Shown here piece by piece: positions 61,845 to 64,000 of a stretch of 64,000 bases of DNA. The stretch is from the NCBI RefSeq assembly GCF_006345805.1, contig NC_042997.1, forward strand, positions 163,184,001 to 163,248,000, in the 5' to 3' direction. Each line of letters starts with the position of its first letter. The first letter of the stretch is position 1. This DNA comes from Octopus sinensis (lineage: Eukaryota). A program made the translations under genes and the position numbers. The notes beneath the pieces are model-generated. The model ran no database searches. It was given only the letters and a program-made list of their open reading frames with translations, and was not told the origin of the DNA.

Positions 61845-62690
61845 TGAGGTCATCAAGCAACATGCATTTCAAGGAAAAAGACCCCTCAAATGAGTAGGAT
61901 TGTAGTGGAGAGGGAGGTGGCTTTATACCAGATGTTGAGAGGCTAAAATATGACAGAAGAACAGGAACAGGTGTCATGTTATAGAGGAGAAACATGGCTA
62001 TCTCACAATAGATATTGGTGAGTGGGAGAAATGGTGGTGGTTACAAGGTGTCATAGTGTACTCTCAAGACACAAGAAGGGGAGTATAAAAGAGAATATTG
62101 GCAGAGGATCAGAAAGGGTGGGTGTATAATTTCTGTAGAGTGTGAGAGGAGAATTACAGATTGTTAGAGATGAGTGTAGAGGTGAATGTGGTAGATAGGA
62201 TAAGGGTAGAGATGTGGTCAATGATAAATATCAGTATAGGCAGGAGGAAGGTGAAAGAATAGGAGTGACTCAGTAAGGAGGAGGTGATAAGTAGAAGTAC
62301 AGGGAGAGAGGAGAGTAGTAGTGTAATACATCTATGGGCAGCTCAGATGATATGAAGATTTTGTATGAGATGAGAGTGGAAGTGGTGTGTGAGAGAGAGT
62401 TGTACAGTGACTGAAATGGATGTCAGTGGTATGTAGGGATGGCTATAGTGAGTGGAATGCAAGGGGATGGGTGATGCTGCCCATAGCAGATATGACAGGG
62501 TGATGAGAATGACAGCAAATAAGAGAGGGTGTTAAAGATAAGATAATAACATTCCTAAAATGCATTGCAGAGGTAACCAGTGGTAAAGAAAGGGGTAACT
62601 GGTGGAAAATAAAGGGAGAAAGGATGATATTGAGAATGAGGGGTGGATTTAAAAAAGAAGCGATTCCAGGGAGATGGGAAAGTAACTGAT
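61845..62690 (-). mobile_element. Decayed retroelement related to 6900-7770
   Basis: Shared ggaggtggctttataccagatgttgagaggctaaaa motif and the same purine-rich strand bias. Confidence 0.4.
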
Positions 62691-63926
62691 AGCACATGCA
62701 CACGTGCATTTGTGTGTGTGCATGTGCATGAGTGCATGCATGTGTGTGTATGTGTGTGCGTGCATGTGTGTGTGTATGAACAACTATATAAATAAGTACC
62801 TGCTTACATCAATGTATTCTTGCACAAACGTCAATGTGATATGCTAATAATGTCACATAAAAGTTATTCCCTCTTTGATCTACTAATTGAGAGTAAATAT
62901 TTATCTTCACGGCAGCCTGTTTTCATGCCTCTTGCTAAACTATTTTTATTTCTTGACAACAAAGCTACACAGACTCTAAGCTGCATAACTATTAACTACT
63001 GCACATACTAATATAGTGCTGCTGGCTTGTCTTTATTATATTTTCCATGTTACCACATTGTCTTACAACATTAATATACCAATATACCAACTCAACAGTG
63101 TCCCTTGTTGATCAAGATAGCCATATATCACAAAGCCTTATGATCTCTGTCCCCACAATTTTGTATTTTTTTTTTTTTTGTATTTCTTATTATGTATTAC
63201 CTTTTTAGAAGTATTAAAAGGAGACTACGGTCAGCGGTACTGGATATTAATAGTTATCGCCAAGCTAATATGGCAGTCCAGAAATATAGGATGAATGTTG
63301 CCACTGATTAGCTCCGAGAGGCCATCGCCTCTAGCTAGCTATGTTACACACGAACCTGTGTCCCTTATAACCTTTGAACAAGGGAGGTCAGCTGCTTCCT
63401 CTTGCTGGTCAGGCATCTGCAGACTAGTTTAAGAGTATTATCTTTTTACTTTTCATATATTCCTACATCCTCTAAAAACAAAGTTATAATGTATTACATA
63501 TGTTGCAGGAAATTTCAGCAGTCACATCCAATGTCACGATTCACAAGAATATTACCCACATGATCAACAAAATCTGACCAATTATGATTTTTTATTTTTC
63601 ACTTATAAACACATACCTAAACACTTAACATGCAAAATACAAGAATATGACAGTTTCCTTCACTCAAACATCTAGTCAGGACTTGGCATTATATTAAAAC
63701 ATTTTCTTGTGCTTTTTCTGAAAGAAGTTATACAGACTGATTGTGCTTGCTCCACCATTAATTGACATCTGAAGATTAAAATCTTGAAAATCCGAGTAAT
63801 GGTTAGGGATAAGTTTCCAATAAAAAATCTACAATAAATATGGAGTATATTTTTTCCTCCTTGAGAAGGCAATTGTACTTTTAACACACAGACATACAAG
63901 CACACACACATGCATGCACATAAATA

Positions 63927-64000
63927 CAGGGTGCGGTGAAATGACCTGACACATTTGTAGGTTAAATAAAAGTGAAATAGGGAAAAGAACGAAAAATATG
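63927..64000. mobile_element. Start of a Tc1/mariner-type element cut by the window edge
   Basis: TA followed by cagggtgcggtgaa, resembling the maT TIR at 58924. Confidence 0.5.

Overview
AT-rich eukaryotic genomic DNA. It is almost certainly coleoid cephalopod, probably Octopus; this is inferred from the tRNA-head SINE families, the RTE-tail SINEs and the very high density of (TA)n/(CA)n/(TACA)n/(CAT)n microsatellites. Most of the window is repeat-derived. It holds at least four SINE families, decayed RTE, CR1 and Penelope-like retroelements, Tc1/mariner remnants (a D34D-type mariner and two DD37D maT copies), pogo-, hAT- and piggyBac-type MITEs, two non-autonomous Helitrons and Helentron-like elements. 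No long host ORF and no recognisable host gene is present, and nearly all ORF-track entries are microsatellite or TE artefacts. A few short segments with good splice signals suggest large-intron host genes: a minus-strand chain from about 36.2 kb to 15.0 kb, a possible divergent promoter at about 36.2 kb, and first-exon-like sites at about 1.2 kb and 13.2 kb. These are unverified. I found no evidence for a prokaryote-style system such as CRISPR or an operon. The most unusual observations are a SINE-internal A/B higher-order minisatellite, codon-phased 69-bp repeats inside a Helitron, perfect fold-back hairpins built from one SINE family, a 93-bp-arm palindrome flanked by a 14-bp direct repeat, a 5S-rRNA-like remnant, a candidate 11-nt microexon, and a local duplication that preserves an empty insertion site. 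All alignments were done by eye and boundaries of decayed repeats are approximate.
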